Shown in pieces: positions 38,417 through 47,801 of a DNA stretch of 64,000 nucleotides. Below the pieces are notes generated by a model. It saw only the letters and a list, made by a program, of their open reading frames with translations, made no database searches and was not told the origin of the DNA. Each line of letters opens with the position of its first letter. Positions within the stretch are counted from its first letter, which is position 1. The stretch comes from an uncultured Actinomycetes bacterium (GTDB lineage Bacteria > Actinomycetota > Thermoleophilia > Gaiellales > JAICJC01). A program made the position numbers and the translations under genes. The stretch is from contig CAWDUU010000002.1 in assembly GCA_963805545.1 (NCBI GenBank), positions 1,859 through 65,858 of the forward strand, read 5' to 3'.

Positions 38417-39385
38417 CTAGGCCTCGCGTGTGCGCGGGTCGAGCCAGGCGTACGCCACGTCGACGGCCGCGTTCATGATGACGACGAAGAAGGCGCCGTA
38501 CAGCGTGAGCGCCATCATCGGGGGCAGGTCGAGATGGGAGACCGACTCCTGCGCGTACTGGCCGACCCCCTCGATCCCGAAGATCGGCTCGATCAGGATC
38601 ACGGTGCCGCCGACCGCCGCCCCGAGATCGAGCCCGAAGAGGGTCACCACCGGGATCAGGCAGTTCCGAAGCGTGTGGCGCATGAGCACCTGCCGCTCGG
38701 AGAGCCCCTTCGCCCGGGCGGTGCGCACGTAGTCGAGCCTGCGGACGTCGAGGAGCGACGCCCGCACGACCCGCGCGTAGAAGCCGATCGACACGACCGC
38801 CAGCACGAGCCACGGCAGCAGGAGATGGGTGAACCAGCCGGCCGGGTCGCTGGTCAGCGACACGTAGCCGCCCGCAGGGATCCATGCGAAGACGGCCCAC
38901 GAGTGGTAACGGAACGTGAGCAGGTAGAGCAGCACGGCGCCGAGCCAGAAGATCGGGATGCTGACGCCCGAGAGCGCGAGCGCCGTCAGCACCCGGTCGA
39001 GCCACCTCCCCTGCTGGACGCCTGAGATGACCCCGATCGTGACGCCCACCGCGAGCCAGATGAGCGCCGCCCCGACGGCCAGCGACAGCGTGCGCGGGAT
39101 GCCGCGCTCGATCGTGGGAAGCACGGGCGTCTGGTCCTGGTAGGAGATCAGGTCGCGCTTCACGAACAGCCGCTCCATCATGTCGCCGTACTGGACGACG
39201 AGGGGCCGGTCGAAGCCCCAGTCCTTGCGGATCTGGCGGATGTTCTGCTGGGTCGGGTGACGGCCCGCGATCCGGAGCGCCGGGTCGCCGCCCGGGATCA
39301 CGTTGAAGATGAGGAACACCAGCACCGAGATCGCAAAGAGCACGACGACAAGGCCGGCAATGCGTCGCAGGACGAACACGCCCAT
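38417..39385 (-). CDS. ABC transporter permease (DppB/OppB-like)
   Basis: ATG 39385 (TGATG overlap). MGVFVLRRIAGLVVVLFAISVLVFLIFNVIPGGDP, EAA-loop region DYVRTARAKGLSERQV. Confidence 0.9.
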   Translation of the reverse strand: MGVFVLRRIAGLVVVLFAISVLVFLIFNVIPGGDPALRIAGRHPTQQNIRQIRKDWGFDRPLVVQYGDMMERLFVKRDLISYQDQTPVLPTIERGIPRTLSLAVGAALIWLAVGVTIGVISGVQQGRWLDRVLTALALSGVSIPIFWLGAVLLYLLTFRYHSWAVFAWIPAGGYVSLTSDPAGWFTHLLLPWLVLAVVSIGFYARVVRASLLDVRRLDYVRTARAKGLSERQVLMRHTLRNCLIPVVTLFGLDLGAAVGGTVILIEPIFGIEGVGQYAQESVSHLDLPPMMALTLYGAFFVVIMNAAVDVAYAWLDPRTREA

Positions 39386-40377
39386 CAGCCGCGGATCCGG
39401 ATCTCGGCGTGCGGGTCGAGCGCGTCGCGCAGGGCGTCGCCCAGCACGTTCAGCGACACGACGGTGAACATGATCGCAAGCCCGGGCGCCACCGTGAGCG
39501 CGGGCGCCGTCACGATCGACGAGTAGCCCTGCTGGATGATGTTGCCCCACGACGGCGTGAGCACGGGCACCCCCACGCCGAGGAACGAGAGCGCGGCCTC
39601 GGTCAGGATGTTGTTGGCCACGATCAGCGTCATCAGGACGAGCGCGATCGAGGCGACGTTCGGCAGGAGCTCGCGGACCATGATCCGCACCGGGCCGGCG
39701 CCGGTCGCCACCGCGGCGTCGACGAACTCCATCCGCCGCATGCCGAGCACCTGGCCCCGGATCGGCCGGGCGACGTACGGGATGTAGACGACGGCGATGA
39801 CGAAGACCGGCAGGAGCAGCGAGGTCGACGCGACGTGCAGCGGCCCCAGCCGCAGCCCGCCGACGGCGAGCGACGTGGCGAGCGCCACGGCGAGCAGGTA
39901 GACGGGGAAGGCCCAGATCAGGTCGAGCGTGCGCGAGATGACGGCGTCGACGGCACCGCCGGCGTAGCCGGCGACGAGCGCCATGACGAGCGCCAGGCCG
40001 ACGCACAGCACCGCCGAGCCGATGCCGACCTCGAGCGAGATGCGCCCGCCGTACAGGAGCCGCACCATGAGGTCGCGGCCGTTCGAGTCGGCGCCGAGCA
40101 GGTAGCAGGCCCGCCACCCCGGGCCGATCGGCGTCCCGTCGAGCCCGACGACCGGGATGCGATGGCCGCCGTCATGGACGTAGCCCTGGATGTTCTGGTC
40201 GTTGGGGCCGTGCCCGCACGCGAAGTGCACCCATGCCGGCGCCCCGGGGAAGCAGGCGACGAGGATCGCAACGAGGACGACCGCAGAGCTCCACGCCGCA
40301 GGGTTTCGGCGCAGCCGCCCCAGGGCCAGCCGGAGGCCGCCGCGGCCCGTGGGGAGTGCGGCGGCCTCGGCCGTCAT
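39385..40377 (-). CDS. ABC transporter permease (DppC/OppC-like)
   Basis: GADSNGRDLMVRLLYGGRISL, FVDAAVATGAGPVRIM. Six helices. Confidence 0.9.
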   Translation of the reverse strand: MTAEAAALPTGRGGLRLALGRLRRNPAAWSSAVVLVAILVACFPGAPAWVHFACGHGPNDQNIQGYVHDGGHRIPVVGLDGTPIGPGWRACYLLGADSNGRDLMVRLLYGGRISLEVGIGSAVLCVGLALVMALVAGYAGGAVDAVISRTLDLIWAFPVYLLAVALATSLAVGGLRLGPLHVASTSLLLPVFVIAVVYIPYVARPIRGQVLGMRRMEFVDAAVATGAGPVRIMVRELLPNVASIALVLMTLIVANNILTEAALSFLGVGVPVLTPSWGNIIQQGYSSIVTAPALTVAPGLAIMFTVVSLNVLGDALRDALDPHAEIRIRG

Positions 40378-40378
40378 G

Positions 40379-42016
40379 TCACTTCGTGAGCCACATGGAC
40401 GGGAAGAGCTCGAAGTAGCTGGGGTTGAAGACCAGGCCGTGCAGGCGGGACGAGACGAACTTCGGCCACTGCCGGTTCATGAACGGCACCCAGCCCGCGT
40501 CGTTCTTCATGTAGAGCGCGTCGAGCTTCGCCCACTGGGCGTTTCGGGCCTCGCCGAGCGGCATCTCCTTGGTGGCGTCGATCATGCGGTTGTACGCCGG
40601 GATGTCGGTGTTCGAGACGTCGTTGTTGCCGACGTTCACGATGTGCTCGCCGTTCAGGATCACGTCGATGTAGTCCTGCCCCTCGGGGAAGTCCTGGTTC
40701 CAGTCGTTGAACGCGACCTGCGGGTCGCCCTTCTGGGTCGCAATCGTGTCCCAGTAGACCGACTCGTCGAACGTCTTCACGCTTGCCTTGAGGCCGATCG
40801 AGTCGAGCACCGAGGCCATGTACTGCACGGCCTTCGGCGTCGGGTCGGTCGTGTGCCCCCACACCTGCACGCTCGCCCCCTCCACACCGGCGGCCTTGAT
40901 CATGGCCCGGGCCTTCGCCAGGTCGTGGGGATAGAAGTGGTGGGCCTGGAACGCCGAGCCGAGCGCCGGCGGGATGATGTTCTCGGTGGGCGTCCCCTGG
41001 CCGCCGTAGATCTTCACGAGCGCGGTGCGGTCGATCGCGTAGTTCACGGCCTGGCGCACCTCGAGCTTGGTGAACGGGTACTTGCGCTCGTTCAGGTCGA
41101 AGTAGGTCACGTTCGAGCGCGAGTAGCCGTGAACCTGGTCGGGGTAGCGCGCCTTGAGCTCGGTGAGCCGGTCGGGCGCGACCGACTCGAAGTACCAGTC
41201 GAGCTCGCCGTTTGCCGTCTCGTTCACCGCCTGCTCCGGCGTCACGCCGATCTTCACGTGGACGCCGTTCAGGTAGCCGTCGGGCGTGTCGGCCGTCCAG
41301 GAGTGGAACGTCGGGTTCCGGGCGAGGTCGAACTCCTGGTGCGGGACGTACTTCGAGATCATGTACGGGCCGGTGGGGACGCGCCACTCGGGGAGCGTCG
41401 AGATGTCCTTGTCGGGCGTGCCGACGGGGAGTGCGAACGTGAACGGCACGGCCATGTAGTCGGGGAAGGTGCCGTCGGGCTGCGTCAGGTGGATGGTGAG
41501 CGTCATGTTCGCGTCGTCGGCGACGATGCCGGAGATCCCGCCCTTGCGCGTCTTCGCGTACTGCTCGGCGCCGGCGATGCCCGTGTAGAAGCCCACGCCG
41601 CCGGAGTCGACCCGGAAGAGCCGCTCGATCGAGAACTTGAAGTCGGACGGCTTGACCTCGCGGTTCACCGGCGCGCCGAACATCACGCCCGAGCGCAGGT
41701 GGAACGTGTAGGTGCGTCCGTCCGCGCTGATCGTCGGCATCGCCTTGGCGATGTCGGGGACGATCTCGTCGCCGGCGCCGCCGGCCGCCTTCTTGAACGT
41801 GAGCAGGCCGTTGTTTGTCGCCTCGAGCGTCTCCCAGCCCTCGTTGGTGTACGAGAGCGCCGGGTCGAGGTGGTCGGGGTTGTCGGGGATCGCCGCGAGC
41901 AGGATGCCGCCGCGGACCGGCTTCCCGCCGGAGCCGCCGCTCGACGCACTGCCCCCGCCGCCGCAGCCTGCGGCGACGAATGCGGCCGCCGCGACGGCCG
42001 TGATGAACCGGATCAT
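40379..42016 (-). CDS. ABC transporter substrate-binding lipoprotein, family 5, copy 2
   Basis: ATG 42016 after AAGGGAGGG. Lipobox FVAAGCGG. Colinear with copy 1 along its whole length. Confidence 0.9.
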   Translation of the reverse strand: MIRFITAVAAAAFVAAGCGGGGSASSGGSGGKPVRGGILLAAIPDNPDHLDPALSYTNEGWETLEATNNGLLTFKKAAGGAGDEIVPDIAKAMPTISADGRTYTFHLRSGVMFGAPVNREVKPSDFKFSIERLFRVDSGGVGFYTGIAGAEQYAKTRKGGISGIVADDANMTLTIHLTQPDGTFPDYMAVPFTFALPVGTPDKDISTLPEWRVPTGPYMISKYVPHQEFDLARNPTFHSWTADTPDGYLNGVHVKIGVTPEQAVNETANGELDWYFESVAPDRLTELKARYPDQVHGYSRSNVTYFDLNERKYPFTKLEVRQAVNYAIDRTALVKIYGGQGTPTENIIPPALGSAFQAHHFYPHDLAKARAMIKAAGVEGASVQVWGHTTDPTPKAVQYMASVLDSIGLKASVKTFDESVYWDTIATQKGDPQVAFNDWNQDFPEGQDYIDVILNGEHIVNVGNNDVSNTDIPAYNRMIDATKEMPLGEARNAQWAKLDALYMKNDAGWVPFMNRQWPKFVSSRLHGLVFNPSYFELFPSMWLTK

Positions 42017-43386
42017 CGGAGCCCTCCCTTCGCGCCCACGTCGCCCCGGCCGGCCGCCGCTGCGACGGCCTCCATGGCATCGCGGGCGACGGTCAGCGTC
42101 TGGTCGATGTGCTCGTCGGTGTGCGCCGCCGAGGTGAGGAAGAGCCCCTCCTGCGGCGGCTGGATGAGGACGCCGTGCGCCCGCAGGTATGCGTGGAGCG
42201 CGAAGAACGGACTGGCGGCCGCGATGGCATGCGCTTCGCGGTAGTCGCCGGGCGGCGCGGGCGAGAACCAGAGCTGGAACATCGCCCCCACGCCGCTCCA
42301 GCAGGCGTCGAGGCCGGCCGCCCGGGCTGCGGCCACGAGCCCCTCCGCGAGCCGCTCGCCGCGGGCGTTCAGCTCGTCGTAGAAGCCGGGCCGGCCGGTC
42401 TCGGCGCACGCCGCGATGACGGCCGCGCAGACGAGCGCGTTGGAGTTGTACGTGCCGCCGTGCATGGTGCGGCCGTCGGCGGCCATGGCCATCACGGCCT
42501 CGCTGCCGCCGAACGCGGCGACGGGGTACCCGGCGCCGAGCGCCTTTGCGACCACGGTCAGGTCGGGCGTGACGCCGGTCAGCTCCTGCGCGCCGCCGCG
42601 AGCGATCCGAAAGCCGGTCAGCACCTCGTCGAAGATGAGCAGCGCCCCCGCCTCCGACGCGAGCGAGCGCATCCGCTCGAGGTAGCCGGGGGCGGGCATG
42701 ATCGCCCCGCAGTTCCCGAGGATCGGCTCGGTGATCACGGCCGCGATCCGCTCGCCGTAGTCGGCGAACGCCGCCTCGAGCCCGGCGGCGTCGTTCCAGC
42801 GGAGCACGATGAGGCTGTCGCCCGCGCCGGGCGTCATGCCCGTCGTCTCGGGCGTCACGGCCGGGTGCTCGGGCGGGCCCCAGGTCTCGGCCGAGGGGTG
42901 TGCCGACCAGTGGATGACGTCCGACCAGCCGTGGTAGTGGCCCTCGAAGCGCACGATCAGGTCACGGCCGGTGTAGGCCCGCGCGAACCGCAGGGCGTAC
43001 ATCGCGCACTCGGTACCCGAGTTCCCGAACCGGACGAGGTCGACGCCCGGCAGCCGCTCGCACACGGCCCTGGCCGCCTCGGCCTCGAGGTCGTGCGCGA
43101 GCGAGAAGAGCGAGCCGCGCTCGCGCAGCACGTCGACGACGGCGTCGGTGACGGCGGGCGGGCGGTGGCCGAGGATCAGCGGGCCCTGCCCCATCACGTA
43201 GTCGATGTAGTCGTTGCCGTCGGCGTCGGTCAGGATCGCCCCCGACCCGCTCCGGGCGAACACCGGCACCGGCAGCCAGCCGGAGCGGGGCGAGCGGGTG
43301 CCGGAGCCGACGCCGCCGGCGAGGTGGTGGGCGGCGAGCTCGTACAGCTCCGCCGACCGGGTGGTCGTGCTGGTCATGTCGCTCAT
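42013..43386 (-). CDS. Class III aminotransferase (glutamate-1-semialdehyde aminomutase-like)
   Basis: ATG 43386 after GGAGG. GNSGTECAMYALRFARAYTGR, IFDEVLTGFR, PLP-Lys context VVAKALGAGYP. Confidence 0.85.
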   Translation of the reverse strand: MSDMTSTTTRSAELYELAAHHLAGGVGSGTRSPRSGWLPVPVFARSGSGAILTDADGNDYIDYVMGQGPLILGHRPPAVTDAVVDVLRERGSLFSLAHDLEAEAARAVCERLPGVDLVRFGNSGTECAMYALRFARAYTGRDLIVRFEGHYHGWSDVIHWSAHPSAETWGPPEHPAVTPETTGMTPGAGDSLIVLRWNDAAGLEAAFADYGERIAAVITEPILGNCGAIMPAPGYLERMRSLASEAGALLIFDEVLTGFRIARGGAQELTGVTPDLTVVAKALGAGYPVAAFGGSEAVMAMAADGRTMHGGTYNSNALVCAAVIAACAETGRPGFYDELNARGERLAEGLVAAARAAGLDACWSGVGAMFQLWFSPAPPGDYREAHAIAAASPFFALHAYLRAHGVLIQPPQEGLFLTSAAHTDEHIDQTLTVARDAMEAVAAAAGRGDVGAKGGLR

Positions 43387-44207
43387 CCGTGCGCCTCCAG
43401 CGGTTCGGGTGGTCTCCATGCGCCGACCTGCGTGCAGGCCGCCGCGGCAGCCTGCGCACCCCGGGCCAGGGCCGCCGCCGGGGGCGCGCCTTCGAGGAGC
43501 GCCGCGATCACGCCCGCGATGAGCGCGTCGCCCGCGCCGAGCGTGTCGACGACGCGGGCCGGCAGGGCGGCCTGCTCCACGATCTCGCCGTCCGAGAGCA
43601 TCAGGCAGCCGTCCTTCCCGCGCCCGACGACGGCCGACCGGGCGCCGCGGCGGACCGCCTCGCGGGCCATCTCGGCGGCGTCGCCTCCGTCCGCGCCCGC
43701 GGCCGAGAGGAAGGCGACCTCGAGGGCCGGCGCGAGCGCCGCGAACCGCTCGGTGCGCGGTGGCTGCGACACGTCGTACGACACGCGGACGCCGGCCGCG
43801 GCGACGGCGGTGAGCGCCTCGACGATGTGACCGGGGCCTGTCGCGTGCACCCACGTGCGCGTGGCCAGGAACGCGGTGGCCTCGTCCGACGGGCGGAACG
43901 TCCCGCTCGTCCCGAGCACCTCCGACTCGAAGATCCGCTCGCCGTCGGGTGTCACCGTGATGGTGGTCACCCCGGTATGGCCGGGGGCCACGACGACCCG
44001 GCTCATGTCGATCCCCATCGCCCCGCCCTCGGCGAGGATGAGCCTGCCGTCGGCGTCGTCTCCGATCGCGCCGACGTAGGCCGTCGGCAGGCCGGCGGCG
44101 GCCAGCCCGGCGGCGACGTTGAGGGCGTTCCCGCCGGCCAGGTCGCGCCCGATCGGCGGCAGGTAGCGGTCGACGCAGTTGTCGCCGATCGTGGCGGGCC
44201 CTGTCAC
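43383..44207 (-). CDS. PfkB-family carbohydrate kinase (fructosamine/ketosamine kinase FrlD-like), copy 1
   Basis: GTG 44207 (GTGA overlap with the SIS stop). GGNALNVAAGLA, C-terminal DTLGAGDALIAG. Confidence 0.85.
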   Translation of the reverse strand: MTGPATIGDNCVDRYLPPIGRDLAGGNALNVAAGLAAAGLPTAYVGAIGDDADGRLILAEGGAMGIDMSRVVVAPGHTGVTTITVTPDGERIFESEVLGTSGTFRPSDEATAFLATRTWVHATGPGHIVEALTAVAAAGVRVSYDVSQPPRTERFAALAPALEVAFLSAAGADGGDAAEMAREAVRRGARSAVVGRGKDGCLMLSDGEIVEQAALPARVVDTLGAGDALIAGVIAALLEGAPPAAALARGAQAAAAACTQVGAWRPPEPLEAHG

Positions 44208-45280
44208 GGCCACGTCGCGCCTCCCTCCGCCAGCACCCGGCGGCCCATGAAGGCCCGGTCGTCGAGGTCGTGGATGCCGCGCATGAGCGTCGAGTAGACG
44301 ACGAACCACTGGAGGTCGACCTTGAGGACGAACGGTGCGAGCAGCGGATGCAGGCCGTCGTGGTCGGCGGCGTCGAACACCAGCGTGCGCGCCCCGCGCT
44401 CGCGCGCCAGCCGGAGCACGCGCTCGGACATCGCCCGCGACTCGTCGGTGCCGGCGAGCACCGCCATGTCGGGCGCGTGGCGGTCGAGCATCTCGGCCGG
44501 GCCGTGCCGGAACTCGGCGGTCTCGATCACCGACGAGTGGATCCGCATGTTCTCCATGAAGACCGTGAGCCCGAACTTGTAGGCGAGACCGTAGAGCGGG
44601 CCGGCGCCGACGCAGTAGATGAGGTCGGACTCGGCGAACGTCTCGGCGCGCTCCCGGGCGAGATCGCGGCCCGAGCGATAGGCATCGCCAACCAGGCGAG
44701 GCAGCCCGGGAAGCTGCTCGGCCAGCTCGGCGGCATCGCTGTTCCCGCCGGCCGCCGCCCATTCGCAGGCGAACGCCGTGACGGCGGCCATCGGCAGGCA
44801 GTAGAGCCCCGGCGATCCGTAGGCGATCGTCACGTCGGCCTCGTCGCCGATCGGCGTCTCGGCCCGGTTCACGAGCGCGACCGTGCGCGCTCCCCGCTCG
44901 CGCGCGAACCGCAGCGCCGCCAGCGTGTCCTCGGTCGCGCCCGAGTACGACGCGAGGAAGACGAGCGCCTTCGAGTCGAGCCGGCGCGGGCCGCGCCAGG
45001 TGAGCTCGTACGAGAGCGCGACATCGGAGGCCGGGCCGCCGAGGCGGTCGCACAGGTACTTGCCGGAGTACATGCTGGCCCACGAGCCGCCGCTGCCGAC
45101 GAAGTAGACCTGCTCGACGCCGGTCCGGCGGGCGTCCCGCGCAAGCTCGCGGACGCGCGAGACGTCGCCGGCGAAGAACCGGGCCAGATCGTCCTCCAGG
45201 TGGGGCGCGCTGAAGAGCTCGGAGTTGTGCGCCGCCTCGACGAGGCGTTCGAGATCCTCCACGACTGATAACGCTATCAT
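44204..45280 (-). CDS. SIS-domain protein (fructosamine-6-phosphate deglycase FrlB-like / GlmS isomerase-domain-like)
   Basis: Two SIS repeats (VYFVGSGGSWASMYSG...SYSGATEDT and LIYCVGAGPLYGLAYKF). Confidence 0.85.
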   Translation of the reverse strand: MIALSVVEDLERLVEAAHNSELFSAPHLEDDLARFFAGDVSRVRELARDARRTGVEQVYFVGSGGSWASMYSGKYLCDRLGGPASDVALSYELTWRGPRRLDSKALVFLASYSGATEDTLAALRFARERGARTVALVNRAETPIGDEADVTIAYGSPGLYCLPMAAVTAFACEWAAAGGNSDAAELAEQLPGLPRLVGDAYRSGRDLARERAETFAESDLIYCVGAGPLYGLAYKFGLTVFMENMRIHSSVIETAEFRHGPAEMLDRHAPDMAVLAGTDESRAMSERVLRLARERGARTLVFDAADHDGLHPLLAPFVLKVDLQWFVVYSTLMRGIHDLDDRAFMGRRVLAEGGATWP

Positions 45281-45288
45281 GTCGCGCG

Positions 45289-46289
45289 ATGACGGTCACG
45301 ATCCGCGAGGTGGCGCGGGCGGCAGGGGTGTCGCAGGCGACGGCGGCGCGCGTGCTCGGCGGATACGGGTATGCGAGCCCGACGGCGCGCGAGCGCGTCG
45401 GGCAGTCGGCCGAGCGGCTGGGCTACACGCCCAACGCGGTCGCCCGCGCGCTGGTCGCGCGGGCGACGATGGCCGTCGGGCTGGTCGTCGGCGACATCCA
45501 GAACCCGTTCTTCGCCGGCTGCGCGCGCGGGCTCGCCGACGTGCTCGAGCCGGCCGGCTACACGGTGCTGCTCGCCAACGCCGACGAGGATGCCGCGCGC
45601 GAGCGCTCGGCGCTCGACGCGCTGCGCGCCCGGAGGGTCGACGGGCTCGTCGTCGTGCCCGCGCCGGGCGCCCGCCTCCAGCGACGTGGTGGACGCCGGC
45701 GTCGCGCTCGTGCAGCTCGACCGGGCCGTGCGCGGTCTTCCCGGCCGACGCCGTGATGGTCGACAACGGCGCCGCATCCGCGCGCGCGGTCGAGCATCTG
45801 CTCGGGCTCGGCCACCGCCGGATCGGCCTCGTCTCCGACTCGCCGCAGATCTCGTCGAGCGCCGAGCGGATCGCCGGCTACCGGCGCGCTCTGCGCCGGG
45901 CCGGGGTGGGCCCGGACGACGGCCTCGAGTCGATCGGCGGCCCGACCCAGGCCGACGGCCGCCGCTCGGCGCACGCGCTCCTCTCCCGCCGCGACCGGCC
46001 GACGGCGGTGTTCACGGCCAACAACTTCATGACCGTCGGCGCGCTCCTGGCGATGCGCGACCTCGGACTGCGGGCGCCGCAGGACGTGGCGCTGGTCGGG
46101 TTCGACGACCTGGACTGGACGACGCTCGTCGAGCCTGCCGTCACGGTCGTCGCGCAGCCGGTCTCGGAGCTGGGGCGCGCCGCCGGCGAGCGCCTGCTGG
46201 CCCGCATGCACGGCGACGCCGGCCCGCCCAGGCGGATCCGGCTCCCGACGTCGCTGGTCGTCCGCGCGTCCTGCGGGGCGGCGGCATGA
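45289..46289 (+). pseudogene. LacI-family regulator interrupted by two +1 frameshifts
   Basis: HTH and N-subdomain in frame 1 (MTVTIREVARAAGVSQATAARVL...VDGLVVVPAPGA). SDVVDAGVALVQLDRAVRGLP is in frame 2. ADAVMVDNGAASARAVEHLLGLGHRRIGLV...FDDLDW is in frame 0 up to the stop at 46289. The extra bases are near 45679 and 45743. Confidence 0.75.
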
Positions 46290-46347
46290 CGGCCGCTCCG
46301 AGCTCCTGGCCGAGCTGGTCGCGGCCGACTCGACCAACCCGACGCTC

Positions 46348-47412
46348 GTGCCCGGAGGGGCCGGCGAGGCGGCCGTGGCGGCGATCCTGGCCCGCCGGCT
46401 GGAGGCGGCCGGCCTGGCCGTGGACGTGTGGGACGCCGCGCCGGGCCGCCCCAACGTCGTCGGCCGGCTCGCAGGCACCGGCGGCGGCCGCTCGCTCATG
46501 TTCTGCGGCCACACCGACGTGGTGGGCGCCGAGCCCGCGGCGTTCGTCCCCGTCGTGCGCGACGGGCGCATGCACGGCCGGGGCACGAACGACATGAAGG
46601 CGGGTATCGCCGCGGCGGTCATCGCGGCCGAGCGGCTGGCGGCCGGCCCGCCGCCGGCCGGCGACGTGCTGGTGGCCTGCGTCATCGACGAGGAGTGGGA
46701 GAGCCTGGGCGCCGAGGCGCTGGTCGCCCGGTACAGCGCCGACGCCGCGGTGCTCCCGGAGCAGTCCGACCTGGAGGTCATCTTCGCCCACGGCGGCTTC
46801 GTCTGGTACGACGTCGTGAGCACGGGCACCGAGGCGGCGGGCGGCCAGGCCGAGCGCGGCGTCGACGGCATCGCGCTCGCCGGGAGCCTGCTCTCGGGCA
46901 TCCTGGCGCTCGACCGCCACTTGGCGGGGCGCGAGACCGCCGAGTGGGGCCGGCCGAGCGTCCACGCCTCGACGATCCGCGGCGGGACGTCCTATCCGAT
47001 GTATCCGGGCGAGTGCGTGATCGGCGTCGAGCGCTGCCTGATGCCGGGCGAGTCCGTGGCGGAGTCGCGGGCCGAGATGGAGCAGCTGCTTGCCGACGCG
47101 CTGGCGGCCGACGGCAGGTTCTCGGGTCGCGTCGAGACGGTCGTTGCCCGCGAGCCGGTCGTGCTCGACCGAGACGAGCCGGTCGTGCGAAGCGCGATCG
47201 CCGCCGCCACCGCGGTTACGGGCTCCACCCCCGTTGTCCGCTCCGACTACGGCTGGATGGACTCCGGCATCCTGGTCGAGGCCGGCATCCCCTGCGTCGT
47301 CCTGGGCCCGACCGGCGACGGCCTGCACACCGCCGACGAGTGGGTCGACCTGGCCTCGGTCGATGCGTGCGTCGAGATCTACGAGCGGATGGCGCGCGAG
47401 CTCTGCGGATAG
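46348..47412 (+). CDS. M20-family metallopeptidase/deacylase (ArgE/DapE-like)
   Basis: MFCGHTDVV, GRGTNDMKAG, IDEEWES. The conserved N-terminus (RSELLAELVAADSTNPTLVPGG) continues upstream in the same frame with no start codon. The ATGA-coupled ATG at 46286 is in another frame. Confidence 0.8.
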   Translation: MPGGAGEAAVAAILARRLEAAGLAVDVWDAAPGRPNVVGRLAGTGGGRSLMFCGHTDVVGAEPAAFVPVVRDGRMHGRGTNDMKAGIAAAVIAAERLAAGPPPAGDVLVACVIDEEWESLGAEALVARYSADAAVLPEQSDLEVIFAHGGFVWYDVVSTGTEAAGGQAERGVDGIALAGSLLSGILALDRHLAGRETAEWGRPSVHASTIRGGTSYPMYPGECVIGVERCLMPGESVAESRAEMEQLLADALAADGRFSGRVETVVAREPVVLDRDEPVVRSAIAAATAVTGSTPVVRSDYGWMDSGILVEAGIPCVVLGPTGDGLHTADEWVDLASVDACVEIYERMARELCG

Positions 47413-47801
47413 CGTCCGGGCAGCGCTGAAAGGGTGAACTTGCACAAGGTGTGATTGACAACAATCGTCTAGCTCGCGATTCATGAGACTTGTCCAAAGG
47501 ACACCGGGCAGGTGTGTCTGGAGTGGCCCCTCCCATTTGGTCCATGGGTTTCGTCGGTGGGTGGCGAAATGAGAACCGATTGAGTGTGCAGTGGCGCGGA
47601 AGCGGTTACGCCGGAGCAGACGTGGTCAAGTTGCGCGGCGGAGCGTTGCGGGGCAGGGCATGACCGTCGCCGGGTGTCGGCGGATAGTGTCGCCGCCGTG
47701 GCGACGCGCCGACACGTTAGGATCCGCCGCCGCCGCTTCCGCTCGCTCCCGGCATCCGAGCAGCAGCTCGTGCCGGTCGACGAGAGCCGACGGGCCTCAC
47801 G

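Noticed and set aside
36761-42016. Whether the two family-5 binding-protein genes are an assembly duplication artefact.
   Set aside because: They differ at roughly one third of residues along their whole length and have different signal peptides, so they are genuine paralogs.
230-42244. Many very long alternate-frame or antisense ORFs in the track (for example 1292..2842-, 3581..5068-, 7473..8978-, 11079..13649+, 20674..22065-, 22705..24915-, 24872..27307+, 36755..39025+, 40190..42244+).
   Set aside because: Their translations are Arg/Pro/Gly/Ala/Asp low-complexity strings typical of off-frame reading in high-GC DNA. Each overlaps a gene with clear family motifs on the other strand or frame.
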